DNA of 64,000 nt. Origin: Patescibacteria group bacterium (GTDB lineage: Bacteria; Patescibacteriota; Patescibacteriia; 2-02-FULL-49-11). The notes beneath the pieces are model-generated. The model ran no database searches. It saw nothing but the letters and a program-made list of their open reading frames with translations, and had not been told where the DNA came from. Numbering within the stretch: position 1 is the first letter of the stretch; each line of letters starts with the position of its first letter. The translations under genes were made by a program, and so were the position numbers. Where the stretch lies: contig JBAZQN010000011.1 of assembly GCA_041645165.1 (NCBI GenBank), positions 1,254 through 65,253 on the forward strand. Direction: 5' to 3'. Below are positions 18,785 through 27,188 of this stretch, piece by piece.

Positions 18785-19738
18785 TTATTTTGAAATTTTT
18801 CGCTGTCGGGTTCTATTTTTAAGGTATCGCTCGATTGCCTCTTTTGAAGTTAACCAATTCCTGCCTTCTTTGTATGCTTCGAGTTTTCCTTGTCTCGCAA
18901 GTAAGTTTAGATATTTGGCGGAAAATGGGGTATTTTTAGATATCTCTGCCAATGTTACGAACTTTTCTTGTTTTTGTGTTGCCGGAGTTAAAGTTTTTAG
19001 ATAAATATCAAGGGAGCGCTCTATGGATTGAGCGATAAATTTCACCAATGGTTCATATTTTCCACTGTCTGCCTTGTCCAACACATCGTAATATTTTTTG
19101 TGGTCATTTTTCAAAATAATAACCAGCGGATAGCCAGTTTTCATCAGCAATACATTCATGGCTAAACGTGCGGTCCTGCCATTGCCGTCAAAAAATGGAT
19201 GAATATGTGTTAGTTTATGATGCAGTAAAGCTGAAAGCTCAATGATATTAATCTTATTTTTTTGTGAATTAAGCCAGTTGATTAAATCTCTCATTTTTTG
19301 GGGCACTTGCAATGCGTCGGGTGGTGTATGTTTCGCTCCGCCAATAATTACGTTAGCGTTCCTGTATTTCCCGGCCCACTCTTTGTCAGTTTCCCGTATA
19401 ATAATTTGGTGTAAATTTCGTATGAGCATTTCAGAGATGGTGTGTTTTTTATTTTTATCTATTAAGTCATACAGATATTCCAGCGCGGCATGATGGTCTT
19501 TTGCTTCCAAATGGTCTTTTAAAGGTTTTCCCTTTACTGTTATGCCTTCGTTAATAACTAAAAATGTCTCTTTTAAAGTTAAGGAATTGCCTTCAATGGC
19601 ATTTGAGTTGTAGGTCATTTCTATTTGAAATTTTTCCCGCAGTTTTTGTACCGCAGATTTTGGTAGGGGACGAAGTTTATTTAGTTTAATGAGTTTTTCT
19701 TCCAGTCGGGTTTTTATAATTGGCGATAGATAAGTCAT
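18785..19738 (-). CDS. Fic family protein with C-terminal HTH
   Basis: YNSNAIEGN, HPFFDGNGRTAR Fic motif, C-terminal YLNLLARQGKL..K.GRNW. Confidence 0.93.
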   Translation of the reverse strand: MTYLSPIIKTRLEEKLIKLNKLRPLPKSAVQKLREKFQIEMTYNSNAIEGNSLTLKETFLVINEGITVKGKPLKDHLEAKDHHAALEYLYDLIDKNKKHTISEMLIRNLHQIIIRETDKEWAGKYRNANVIIGGAKHTPPDALQVPQKMRDLINWLNSQKNKINIIELSALLHHKLTHIHPFFDGNGRTARLAMNVLLMKTGYPLVIILKNDHKKYYDVLDKADSGKYEPLVKFIAQSIERSLDIYLKTLTPATQKQEKFVTLAEISKNTPFSAKYLNLLARQGKLEAYKEGRNWLTSKEAIERYLKNRTRQRKISK

Positions 19739-19774
19739 AGGATAATACTTAATATGGTTTAGTTAATTATTTAG

Positions 19775-19802
19775 AGTATACCATATTAAGGAATTGGGTC
19801 AA
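19775..19802 (-). promoter_or_regulatory. Putative sigma70 promoter of fic
   Basis: TTGACC-16 nt-TATACT with extended TG on the minus strand. Confidence 0.6.
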
Positions 19803-19925
19803 TTTCAGATATAAATTTGTCGTTTTTGGAGCTCCGCATCAAGTGCGGGGTAAACTCCGCGGAAAAAACACTATATTTCCCCTCTAAAAATAAAAAAGAA
19901 AAAATTTTATAAAAAATAATATTTC

Positions 19926-20025
19926 ACATAACATTTGCGTATATCTGATGTTTTGTGGAGCGTAGCGGAGCAAAATATGGGTGTAGGCTCACGAAAGAGC
20001 CGTAGCCAGATATACGTTGTTAGCT
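19926..20025. other. attC-like recombination site A (100 bp)
   Basis: ACATAAC-ATTT-GCGTATATCTG...CAGATATACGT-T-GTTAGCT, flanked ATTTC/GATGT. Confidence 0.85.
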
Positions 20026-20095
20026 GATGTATATGTTTTTCCTTGTCGTTTATCCACCTCCGCCGAATACTCTGCAGTTCCGCTCGAGGAGGGGT

Positions 20096-20413
20096 TCATT
20101 TTTTGATTTTGTTGAACAATGCGGCAAACAACCAAACAGCAAGAATCGTCACAATGTTCCAGATAACTAAACCTGAAATAAAGTAGCCAAAGCTAAGAAA
20201 ATCTGATTTAAAAGATACATCGGTATGCAGAGAAAATTTCATAAATAGTTCCCTGCTTGGTGGATAGATTGCTACGCCGACATAACAGATTGTATAAACT
20301 ATACTTACCCACGCTGAGGCGATTTTTATCAAATGTTTTGAATTTATCATATTTTTAAAATTAATTACCATGTAAAATAATAGTTTTTTAATTTTGTTCG
20401 CGTTTGCTGGCAA
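20096..20413 (-). CDS. DUF5676-like small membrane protein (cassette gene)
   Basis: Two TM helices, IVYTIC, FMKFSLH, LFAALFN; true start probably at MINSKH. Confidence 0.65.
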   Translation of the reverse strand: MPANANKIKKLLFYMVINFKNMINSKHLIKIASAWVSIVYTICYVGVAIYPPSRELFMKFSLHTDVSFKSDFLSFGYFISGLVIWNIVTILAVWLFAALFNKIKK

Positions 20414-20966
20414 GATTAATGATGCAAACGTAGAAAATGTAAGACAGAATAGTAGCGGGAATATTGATAATGTTATAGACCAAATTATTTAGCTCATTTG
20501 GATTCAAATAATGCAACCTTTGAATTATTGGTGATGTTTCTCCTGTAAGATTTACAAGTTTGAGAGCTAATAGGATAATCACACCAATTAGCACAATCAG
20601 GATAAATTTTATTATCCATCTATAAACAAAAAGGTTGATAATATTTTTAAGTGTAAGAGATCTATGAAATAATTTCAGGATCAGTTTAGTGGCCAATATA
20701 ACTATAGTGACAATAACAAGAACACTTAGTAGCATCAACAATATAGCAACAACACCACCAAATAGTTTTGTCCCTAAACCAATGTGTGCATACTGAATAT
20801 TAAATTCTGCTATTTGGTTTAGTAGTTTGCTATAACCCGTAAACAAATTTAGTAGTATGGTTATCAAATAAAAGCCGACCAACCAGAGAATTAGTTTGAT
20901 AGATATTTTATTGTCGGGCAGTTGGTGAATAAATTGTTTAGGATGGAAGAGTAGCTTTATGTTCAT
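20388..20966 (-). CDS. Yip1-like multi-TM membrane protein (cassette gene)
   Basis: N-terminal LLFHPKQF, 4-5 TM helices, very AT-rich. Confidence 0.6.
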   Translation of the reverse strand: MNIKLLFHPKQFIHQLPDNKISIKLILWLVGFYLITILLNLFTGYSKLLNQIAEFNIQYAHIGLGTKLFGGVVAILLMLLSVLVIVTIVILATKLILKLFHRSLTLKNIINLFVYRWIIKFILIVLIGVIILLALKLVNLTGETSPIIQRLHYLNPNELNNLVYNIINIPATILSYIFYVCIINLASKREQN

Positions 20967-21050
20967 ATTTTTTTCGGTCTTTAAAAAATTAAAAAGGGCT
21001 CTTATAATAAAAAAGAAAAAATTTAATAAATGAAAACCGAGTAATATGTC

Positions 21051-21116
21051 GCCTAACGTTTCGGGATCAAGCGAAGTATTTTCGCTAGAAAATATTTTGC
21101 TTATCCCGTGTTATCG
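21051..21116. other. attC-like recombination site B (66 bp)
   Basis: GCCTAAC-GTTT-CGGGAT(C)AAGC..GCTTATCCCG-T-GTTATCG; one extrahelical C, G.T wobbles on the + strand. Confidence 0.88.
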
Positions 21117-21132
21117 GATGTAATTTTATTTT

Positions 21133-21561
21133 TTAACGAATAAATTTACAATAAGACTTAGAGCAATCAACGTTTGTCAATTTATTTGGATAATTAGAAT
21201 ATTCTTTTTTTACGTAATTAAAATAACGATTTAGTATGGTACGTCTTGCTTCTAATGCATTTTTTGAATAATCTGGATTATGTGGTTTGCCGGGATTATT
21301 TGTATCTTCTTCGTATATTAAAATATATTCATCATCATTAATTAATCCTAATTTTTTTGCATTAGAGAAGAAGGTTGGGCATCTAGATGTGTTATGATCA
21401 AAACAACTGTCATAAGAATCATGTTCACTGGCAATTAAAAAATCAACTTTTTTCTTGTCTTGCTCAGACAATTGTTCATAATTGGAATAAGATAAGTTAT
21501 TAGCAGAGCATCCTGATAGCAAGATTGTCACTAAAATAAAAATGAGTTGTTTGTTAAGCAT
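21133..21561 (-). CDS. Putative lipoprotein (cassette gene)
   Basis: Signal peptide with lipobox LSGC. Confidence 0.75.
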   Translation of the reverse strand: MLNKQLIFILVTILLSGCSANNLSYSNYEQLSEQDKKKVDFLIASEHDSYDSCFDHNTSRCPTFFSNAKKLGLINDDEYILIYEEDTNNPGKPHNPDYSKNALEARRTILNRYFNYVKKEYSNYPNKLTNVDCSKSYCKFIR

Positions 21562-21593
21562 AAGTAAAAATTAGGATTAAATAATATTATTTC

Positions 21594-21680
21594 CGATAAC
21601 GTCCGCGTGTATGCGATGTTTGCGTAGCAAATATGGGTGGAGCGACCGTAGGGAGCGTAACCGCATACACGCTGTTAGGC
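21594..21680. other. attC-like recombination site C (87 bp)
   Basis: CGATAAC-GTCC-GCGTGTATGCG...CGCATACACGC-T-GTTAGGC; contains the stop codon of 21675-22493. Confidence 0.9.
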
Positions 21681-22493
21681 GATGTAAATTTTAGACTTTT
21701 TTAATCTCGCAACAAATTCATCTTTTGTCATCACCACTTGTCTTACCTCTGGCTTTTCTCCCGTTGTCAAATATTTTTCCAGAGATCTCTTGTTGTATTG
21801 TAATGCTAAGTGTTGAACGGCTACAACGTCGCTATCGTCTGGCAAAGTATCTTCTATTGAAATTTCATCACCCAAGAGCAGTCTGGCTTTCCCTTCCATT
21901 TTTTTATTAAGTAGCCAAGATTTCATCATAATTCTGTCTGCCGTGATTTCTCCCGTTTCTAATTTAGCACCTATCGTTTGAAAGCCATCTATGATTTTAG
22001 AAATTAATTCTGCGCTTTTCACTCCCGTTGGTCTAATATGTAATGAAATTTCATCATCACCAGCTTTTTTGTATGCGATAACATCATTGACATGAACCAT
22101 GCCAGATCCTTCCTCAACCTCATCCGCTTTTCTGTTCCATTCAGCGAAAAATAGATTGGCAATTGGTGAAGAGGCTAATCTGTTGGCGAAGTTATCTCTG
22201 GAAAAATTATTTTCTTGACATTCCTGCAGGGCGGAATTAATTATTTGATATAATTCTTGTTTTGCTTCGGAATGTTGAATCTCTTCGCCTGAGCTACCCA
22301 ATCTAGAAACATAAAGATCAGCCATTCTTTCTGTAATTGCGCTTTTGTTTTCAGCGCCCTCGGCATGGAGTAAGTTTTGATATAGTTCAAATCCACCAGC
22401 AAATCTAATAAACGCAGGGTTTGATAAAACCATCTCCTTTGTTTTTTCTATTCCTTCTTGATGAATTTGTTGCGGTTGTTCGTTTTCTCCCAT
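21675..22493 (-). CDS. Hypothetical protein (cassette gene)
   Basis: 272-aa ORF filling the cassette; stop codon lies inside the GCCTAAC box. Confidence 0.8.
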   Translation of the reverse strand: MGENEQPQQIHQEGIEKTKEMVLSNPAFIRFAGGFELYQNLLHAEGAENKSAITERMADLYVSRLGSSGEEIQHSEAKQELYQIINSALQECQENNFSRDNFANRLASSPIANLFFAEWNRKADEVEEGSGMVHVNDVIAYKKAGDDEISLHIRPTGVKSAELISKIIDGFQTIGAKLETGEITADRIMMKSWLLNKKMEGKARLLLGDEISIEDTLPDDSDVVAVQHLALQYNKRSLEKYLTTGEKPEVRQVVMTKDEFVARLKKSKIYIA

Positions 22494-22520
22494 ATTTAAA
22501 AAAGTCTAAAATTTATTTCG

Positions 22521-22707
22521 CCTAACGTATCTGTGTATGAGAAGTCCCGCGCCATTGTAAAACGATTAATTCGTGGAACTTCTTACACAGTTATTTTATC
22601 AAATTAAATGTGGTATTAGCAATAGCGGGATTTGGGTGAAAAAAATATGGCGACCTTAAAATTTATATAAATGCCATATTTTTTGAACCTCATACACAGT
22701 GTTGTGC
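22521..22707. other. attC-like recombination site D (187 bp)
   Basis: GCCTAAC-GTAT-CTGTGTATGAG...CTCATACACAG-T-GTTGTGC with an inner AAGTCCCGC/GCGGGATTT stem. Confidence 0.85.
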
Positions 22708-22878
22708 GATGTAAATTTTTTATCCTCGTTTTTAATGGTATAAGCTTTATCTGTTCTAAAAGAAAATTTGATTTTTTGTCTTGGCTCAAAAAAGAGGGGT
22801 TAGGGGTGAATTTTTTGAGCCAAGACACATTAAAGAATTTTTATTTCAACTGCTTTTAGGATGTAACGATAACACAAC

Positions 22879-23430
22879 TTAGTCTTTAAAATCAAATTCA
22901 ATTTGGCTATCGCCGGGACGGATATATTGGGGATGAGGCCCGGTAAGATCAAAGCTTGCTTCGCAATATACTGTGGAGTTTTTTTCTTGAGATAAACGAG
23001 GAAAAGTAGCTGTTTGGACATGAGAGACAACAACATGCCACTGACTGTATAGTATATTTTGGTTTAGTAGTTTTTTTACCTTGCCCAAGCGTTCAAAATG
23101 CATGTTAACTATTGTTCCGTCGATAGTAATTGGCTGTTGAAATTTCATATTAAACTTGGTGGTATAAAATCTATTCTCTAATCCTGCTTTAGCAATATGT
23201 TTTAAAAATGCCTCACCTATATAACCCTGTAATTTATAACCACCGACATGGTCATCCTTATCTGGATGCATATGAGTTTTAATTTGTTCATCAAACTCAC
23301 TAAACTCAGATGAAGGTAAAACTTCGCTGGCCCGATTAAACGCAAGATCTACCTTCTTCTGATGTTCAGGGGTTTTGAGTACCTGGTCCCTAGTTGAACC
23401 GTAAAAATTTTCAGTATATTCTTTTGTCAT
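22879..23430 (-). CDS. Hypothetical protein, possibly hotdog fold (cassette gene)
   Basis: HP..DDHVGG and MKFQQP resemble AfsA/MaoC-like patterns; weak. Confidence 0.5.
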   Translation of the reverse strand: MTKEYTENFYGSTRDQVLKTPEHQKKVDLAFNRASEVLPSSEFSEFDEQIKTHMHPDKDDHVGGYKLQGYIGEAFLKHIAKAGLENRFYTTKFNMKFQQPITIDGTIVNMHFERLGKVKKLLNQNILYSQWHVVVSHVQTATFPRLSQEKNSTVYCEASFDLTGPHPQYIRPGDSQIEFDFKD

Positions 23431-23450
23431 ATAAGAAAAATTACTATTTT

Positions 23451-24320
23451 TTAATTTTTACGAAATAAATTATGCCGAAATTCCGTACAAAGAGGCAGTT
23501 TAGTTTTATTAATTAAGTCAAGATTATCAGCTGTACAAATTCTGGCCTTAATACCGAATTTATGAAAGGCATTGATTAACCTTTGAAACGCTAGAATTCT
23601 TTTTCTAAATGGTAAAGTATAACCAAGTTTGGTTGTTACTTGTCTGACGGCAGTCATTTTGCTAATGGCTTTCAAAATCAACTTATCATTTAAATCAACG
23701 ATCCGTTGTTTCTGTGGCTCCGGTAATACGCCGGTACCAATGATGCATCGTTTTACTCCAATCCCGCTTAATACCCGTGGAAGATCTTCAATACTTTCAT
23801 TTTTTTCATAAATATCAAACCACGGCATCACCACGACGATAACTGGTACGCCGCCTCTAATTAATTTTCTTATTATTTCCAGTCTTTTGATAATTGGAGC
23901 CGCACCGGGCTCTAAAAGAGAAAGAAGTCTCTGGTTTAGACTCGGTAATGATATTTGAACAACAACGCGATGTTTATTTGTTATTAACAATTTGATAGAT
24001 TTATTAGGAATCACTTGTTTAGTGACTATTAATGGCACAAAATCTTCTTTTCTTTTCCAAACATGTTCTAACAGATAATGGGTCAGGTCGCAATTGGCGG
24101 GCAAAAAACAGTCAGCGACGGCGCTAAAGTAAGTTCCCTTAAACTTCTGTAAATTTTTCAAAACCTCTTTCCGGCCAGAGACGATTATTTGATCACTATC
24201 AAATTGTTTCCGGTGAAGATCACAATACAAACAGGGTTTTGGACAACGTTTCCCGAAGACCACCACTGGTACAGCCTGACAAGGATACATTGGTTTCACT
24301 AATATAATATCGTTTGTCAT
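23451..24320 (-). CDS. Radical SAM protein, SPL-like (first cassette gene)
   Basis: CPKPCLYC (CxxxCxxC), SAVADCF, IVTK, LEPGAAP..KRL. Confidence 0.85.
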   Translation of the reverse strand: MTNDIILVKPMYPCQAVPVVVFGKRCPKPCLYCDLHRKQFDSDQIIVSGRKEVLKNLQKFKGTYFSAVADCFLPANCDLTHYLLEHVWKRKEDFVPLIVTKQVIPNKSIKLLITNKHRVVVQISLPSLNQRLLSLLEPGAAPIIKRLEIIRKLIRGGVPVIVVVMPWFDIYEKNESIEDLPRVLSGIGVKRCIIGTGVLPEPQKQRIVDLNDKLILKAISKMTAVRQVTTKLGYTLPFRKRILAFQRLINAFHKFGIKARICTADNLDLINKTKLPLCTEFRHNLFRKN

Positions 24321-24435
24321 ACTATAATTTGTAAAATTAAGTCTTTAATTTGTTCCCCTCTTAAATAAAATAAAAAATCAAATTTTCTTCGTGGTTAATG
24401 GATTAAAACTTGGAATTAATAGAAAAGATAAAAAA

Positions 24436-24520
24436 TTTATTTCGTACAACTGGTTAATATGTGGAAAGATATATGATTAGTATACCAAATTTGTATGATA
24501 TGTGGAGTGTATGATATTCT
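24436..24520 (-). promoter_or_regulatory. attI-like site plus putative cassette promoter
   Basis: Unpaired half-site GTTGTAC-GAAATAAA (24450 leftwards); extended -10 TGgTATACT at 24487-24479; direct repeats ATATGTGGA. Confidence 0.65.
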
Positions 24521-24533
24521 AATTGTAGATTCT

Positions 24534-25346
24534 ATGGCTAATCTACTGGATATTTTAACTCGGGAGATGGTATTGCGCAATTATAGCCGGAAAACCATTG
24601 CGGCGTATACCAGCGCGGTCAAAGGCCTGTTTACTTTTTACAGAAAACCATTGCGTGATTTGTCATTGGAAGAGATTAAGGAATACTTGTACATCAAGCA
24701 GCAAAAGAAATTTTCCAGCCAGACGATCGCGCTCGCGGCCAATGCCATTAATTTCCTCTATACTCAGATTTACAAGAGACCTAACTTTGAAAAAATTCGG
24801 CATCCCAAACGAAGCCAGAGGTTGCCGGAAGTATTGAGCCGCATTGAAATTGAAAAAATATTGGAGCAGATTGAGAACATCAAGCATCGTTTGCTTATCG
24901 CCTGCGCCTATGGAGCGGGATTGCGGGTAAGCGAGGTGGTGCGGCTGCGCGTACAGGATATTGATATGGCAGATAAAACGATCACGGTCAGACAGGGCAA
25001 AGGCAGAAAAGACCGGCTGACCGTGTTATCAGGAAAGATCGTTAGTGACTTGGAAAAGTTCCTTGTTGGCAAAGAAGGACGAGATTGGGTGTTTGAGAGC
25101 GAACGCGGCGGACGGCTGACCGAAGCCACGGCGCAAAAAGTATTTTATGCCGCTCTTAAGAGAGCGGGGATTAAAAAGCATGCGACATTCCATTCTCTGC
25201 GGCATAGTTTTGCCACGCACCTTTTGGAAAACGGGGTAGACGTGCGTTATGTGCAGGAACTTTTGGGGCATGCGAATATCAGGACCACGCAGATTTACAC
25301 CAAAGTGACGAATCCAAGTCTGAAGAATATAAGAAGCCCGTTGTGA
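24534..25346 (+). CDS. Tyrosine recombinase, IntI-related but lacking the integron-integrase insertion
   Basis: N-terminal YSRKTIAAY, GLRVSE, GKGRKDR, HSLRHSFATHLLE, LLGH, TTQIY; ~270 aa (alternative start 24495). Confidence 0.93.
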   Translation: MANLLDILTREMVLRNYSRKTIAAYTSAVKGLFTFYRKPLRDLSLEEIKEYLYIKQQKKFSSQTIALAANAINFLYTQIYKRPNFEKIRHPKRSQRLPEVLSRIEIEKILEQIENIKHRLLIACAYGAGLRVSEVVRLRVQDIDMADKTITVRQGKGRKDRLTVLSGKIVSDLEKFLVGKEGRDWVFESERGGRLTEATAQKVFYAALKRAGIKKHATFHSLRHSFATHLLENGVDVRYVQELLGHANIRTTQIYTKVTNPSLKNIRSPL

Positions 25347-25422
25347 TCGTGAAATTTCATTGTTTGTTTCTGGATCCCGCATCACGTGCGGGATGACATG
25401 AAACGCATCATTGGCACGCATT

Positions 25423-27114
25423 ATGAAGCGATATTATTTCATTATTTTGCTTTGCGGCATAGGGGCTCTCTTTTTCCTGCTCTCGATCTTAAGCGCTCCC
25501 GAGCGGAAAGGGGATCCGATGTTTGATTCTCCCGACGAGACTGCGAATTATTTTTGGGCCCAAAGGGTGGCGAAGGGCGAGCCGCTGTGGTACAGCGAGC
25601 CGCTGGAAGTTGTGGGGAATTCTCTTCTCAAACCCCGGAGCATGAATGTGATCGGCACAAGGGTAGTGCCGGGGAGTTTCCTCGGCCTTCCATTGTTATA
25701 TGGTTACATGGCTCAATGGTTTGGCATATGGTTAATCCCATATCTCACGCCGTTATTTGCTTCGCTCGCAGTAATTGCGTTTGGGTTATTGATGAGAAGG
25801 TTATTCGGCGCTTCTATGGGGTTGTTGAGCGCAGCGCTGCTCGCTTTTTTGCCACCATGGTGGTATTACGCGAGCAGGGGGATGTATCATAACGTGCTGT
25901 TTGTGAGTTTGGTGATCATCGGCATGAGTTTGCTGATGTGTGCTTGTTTCTGGATCCCAAGCATCTCGGTGCGGGATGACAATAAAGCGAGGGTATTTAT
26001 ACGACAAGCGATAAGGCTGATTGCGTATGGCATCGCAGGTTTATGCATTGGATTTTCTCTCGTGGTACGTTCATCGGAATTGGTTTGGGTAGCCTTCCTG
26101 ACTGTTTTTTGTTTCATATCTGGGTGGCGGAGGGTAAGAGTATCGGGCGCGTTGTTATTTATAGCGTGCGGCCTATTCGCTTTTTTGCCGTTGTTTACCA
26201 CTAACATTGAATTATACGACGCGCCGATATCCATCGGGTATCGCGGCGTACAAGGGATGGAGTTGGGTGAGTTTATAACCAAATTGCCTGATGCGCAATT
26301 CCGCAATCTTTTCTTTGCGCCATTCGGTATTAATTTTTCACAAACGGTATTGGCGATGCAGCAATTCCTGGTCATCTATTATTGGTGGTGGTGCGCGTTG
26401 GGTGCGGCAGGCATACTCCTTATGGTTATCAGGTTTTTTAGCACTTCTCGAGATGAAAAAATGAAATGGGCAGGGTATAGCGCGTCTGCCGCGGCAGTCA
26501 CCATCTTGCTGGTGATCTATTATGGCTCGTGGGCGTTTTCAGACCGTATTGACCGGAACACGATATCGCTCAACACGTCTTTTTTCCGTTATTGGCTGCC
26601 TATTTATATGTTGGGAATACCCTTCGTGGCATATGCAATTCTTGCATTGAGCAGGTTATTGCGCCGATCGCGTATGCGTAATGCGGCGGCGTGCATGGCA
26701 GTGTGCATGCTGGCATTTTTCTCAGCGCGTTTGGCGCTTTTAGATACTGATGAAAGCCTTATGTCAGTGCGCATGAGGCTCTCTGCAGCTCATTTTGAGC
26801 TTCAAGCAGCGAAGAGCCATATGCAACCACAGGCAGTCATTATAATTTTCCCGCAAGCGGATAAAATACTTTTCCCTGCATACCGGAGGCTCATTACCGC
26901 AATGGTGACGCCTGATGATTTCCGTGCGGCAAGGAGATTGGCGGAATTGCTGCCGGTGTATTACTATACGTATGCGCCTCCGGAATATATTGGGCAAATA
27001 ATTACACCGCTATTCAAGAAATATAATCTGCAAATCGTAAACGGTAAGAAAGTGTATGCGAATCACTGGGTTTGGCAGATATTGCCGCTCACGGAAGCTT
27101 TAGTTCGTTTTTAA
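25423..27114 (+). CDS. GT-C fold (PMT/ArnT-like) membrane glycosyltransferase
   Basis: SPDETANY acidic loop after TM1, many TMs, FFRYWLP. Confidence 0.7.
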   Translation: MKRYYFIILLCGIGALFFLLSILSAPERKGDPMFDSPDETANYFWAQRVAKGEPLWYSEPLEVVGNSLLKPRSMNVIGTRVVPGSFLGLPLLYGYMAQWFGIWLIPYLTPLFASLAVIAFGLLMRRLFGASMGLLSAALLAFLPPWWYYASRGMYHNVLFVSLVIIGMSLLMCACFWIPSISVRDDNKARVFIRQAIRLIAYGIAGLCIGFSLVVRSSELVWVAFLTVFCFISGWRRVRVSGALLFIACGLFAFLPLFTTNIELYDAPISIGYRGVQGMELGEFITKLPDAQFRNLFFAPFGINFSQTVLAMQQFLVIYYWWWCALGAAGILLMVIRFFSTSRDEKMKWAGYSASAAAVTILLVIYYGSWAFSDRIDRNTISLNTSFFRYWLPIYMLGIPFVAYAILALSRLLRRSRMRNAAACMAVCMLAFFSARLALLDTDESLMSVRMRLSAAHFELQAAKSHMQPQAVIIIFPQADKILFPAYRRLITAMVTPDDFRAARRLAELLPVYYYTYAPPEYIGQIITPLFKKYNLQIVNGKKVYANHWVWQILPLTEALVRF

Positions 27115-27188
27115 ATGTCGGAGACCCCAAGTAGTAGAAACTTCGTTTCACTACGGGGCAGGCAAGCTCCGACGCTACAATTATAAAT

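Noticed and set aside
22616-23036. Short ORFs overlapping site D and the cassette end
   Set aside because: They overlap the att hairpin and terminal inverted repeat, with no coding signal.
24534-25346. Housekeeping XerC/XerD or prophage integrase
   Set aside because: There are no phage genes or dif-like context, and the protein adjoins a repeated att-site array; a Xer role cannot be formally excluded.
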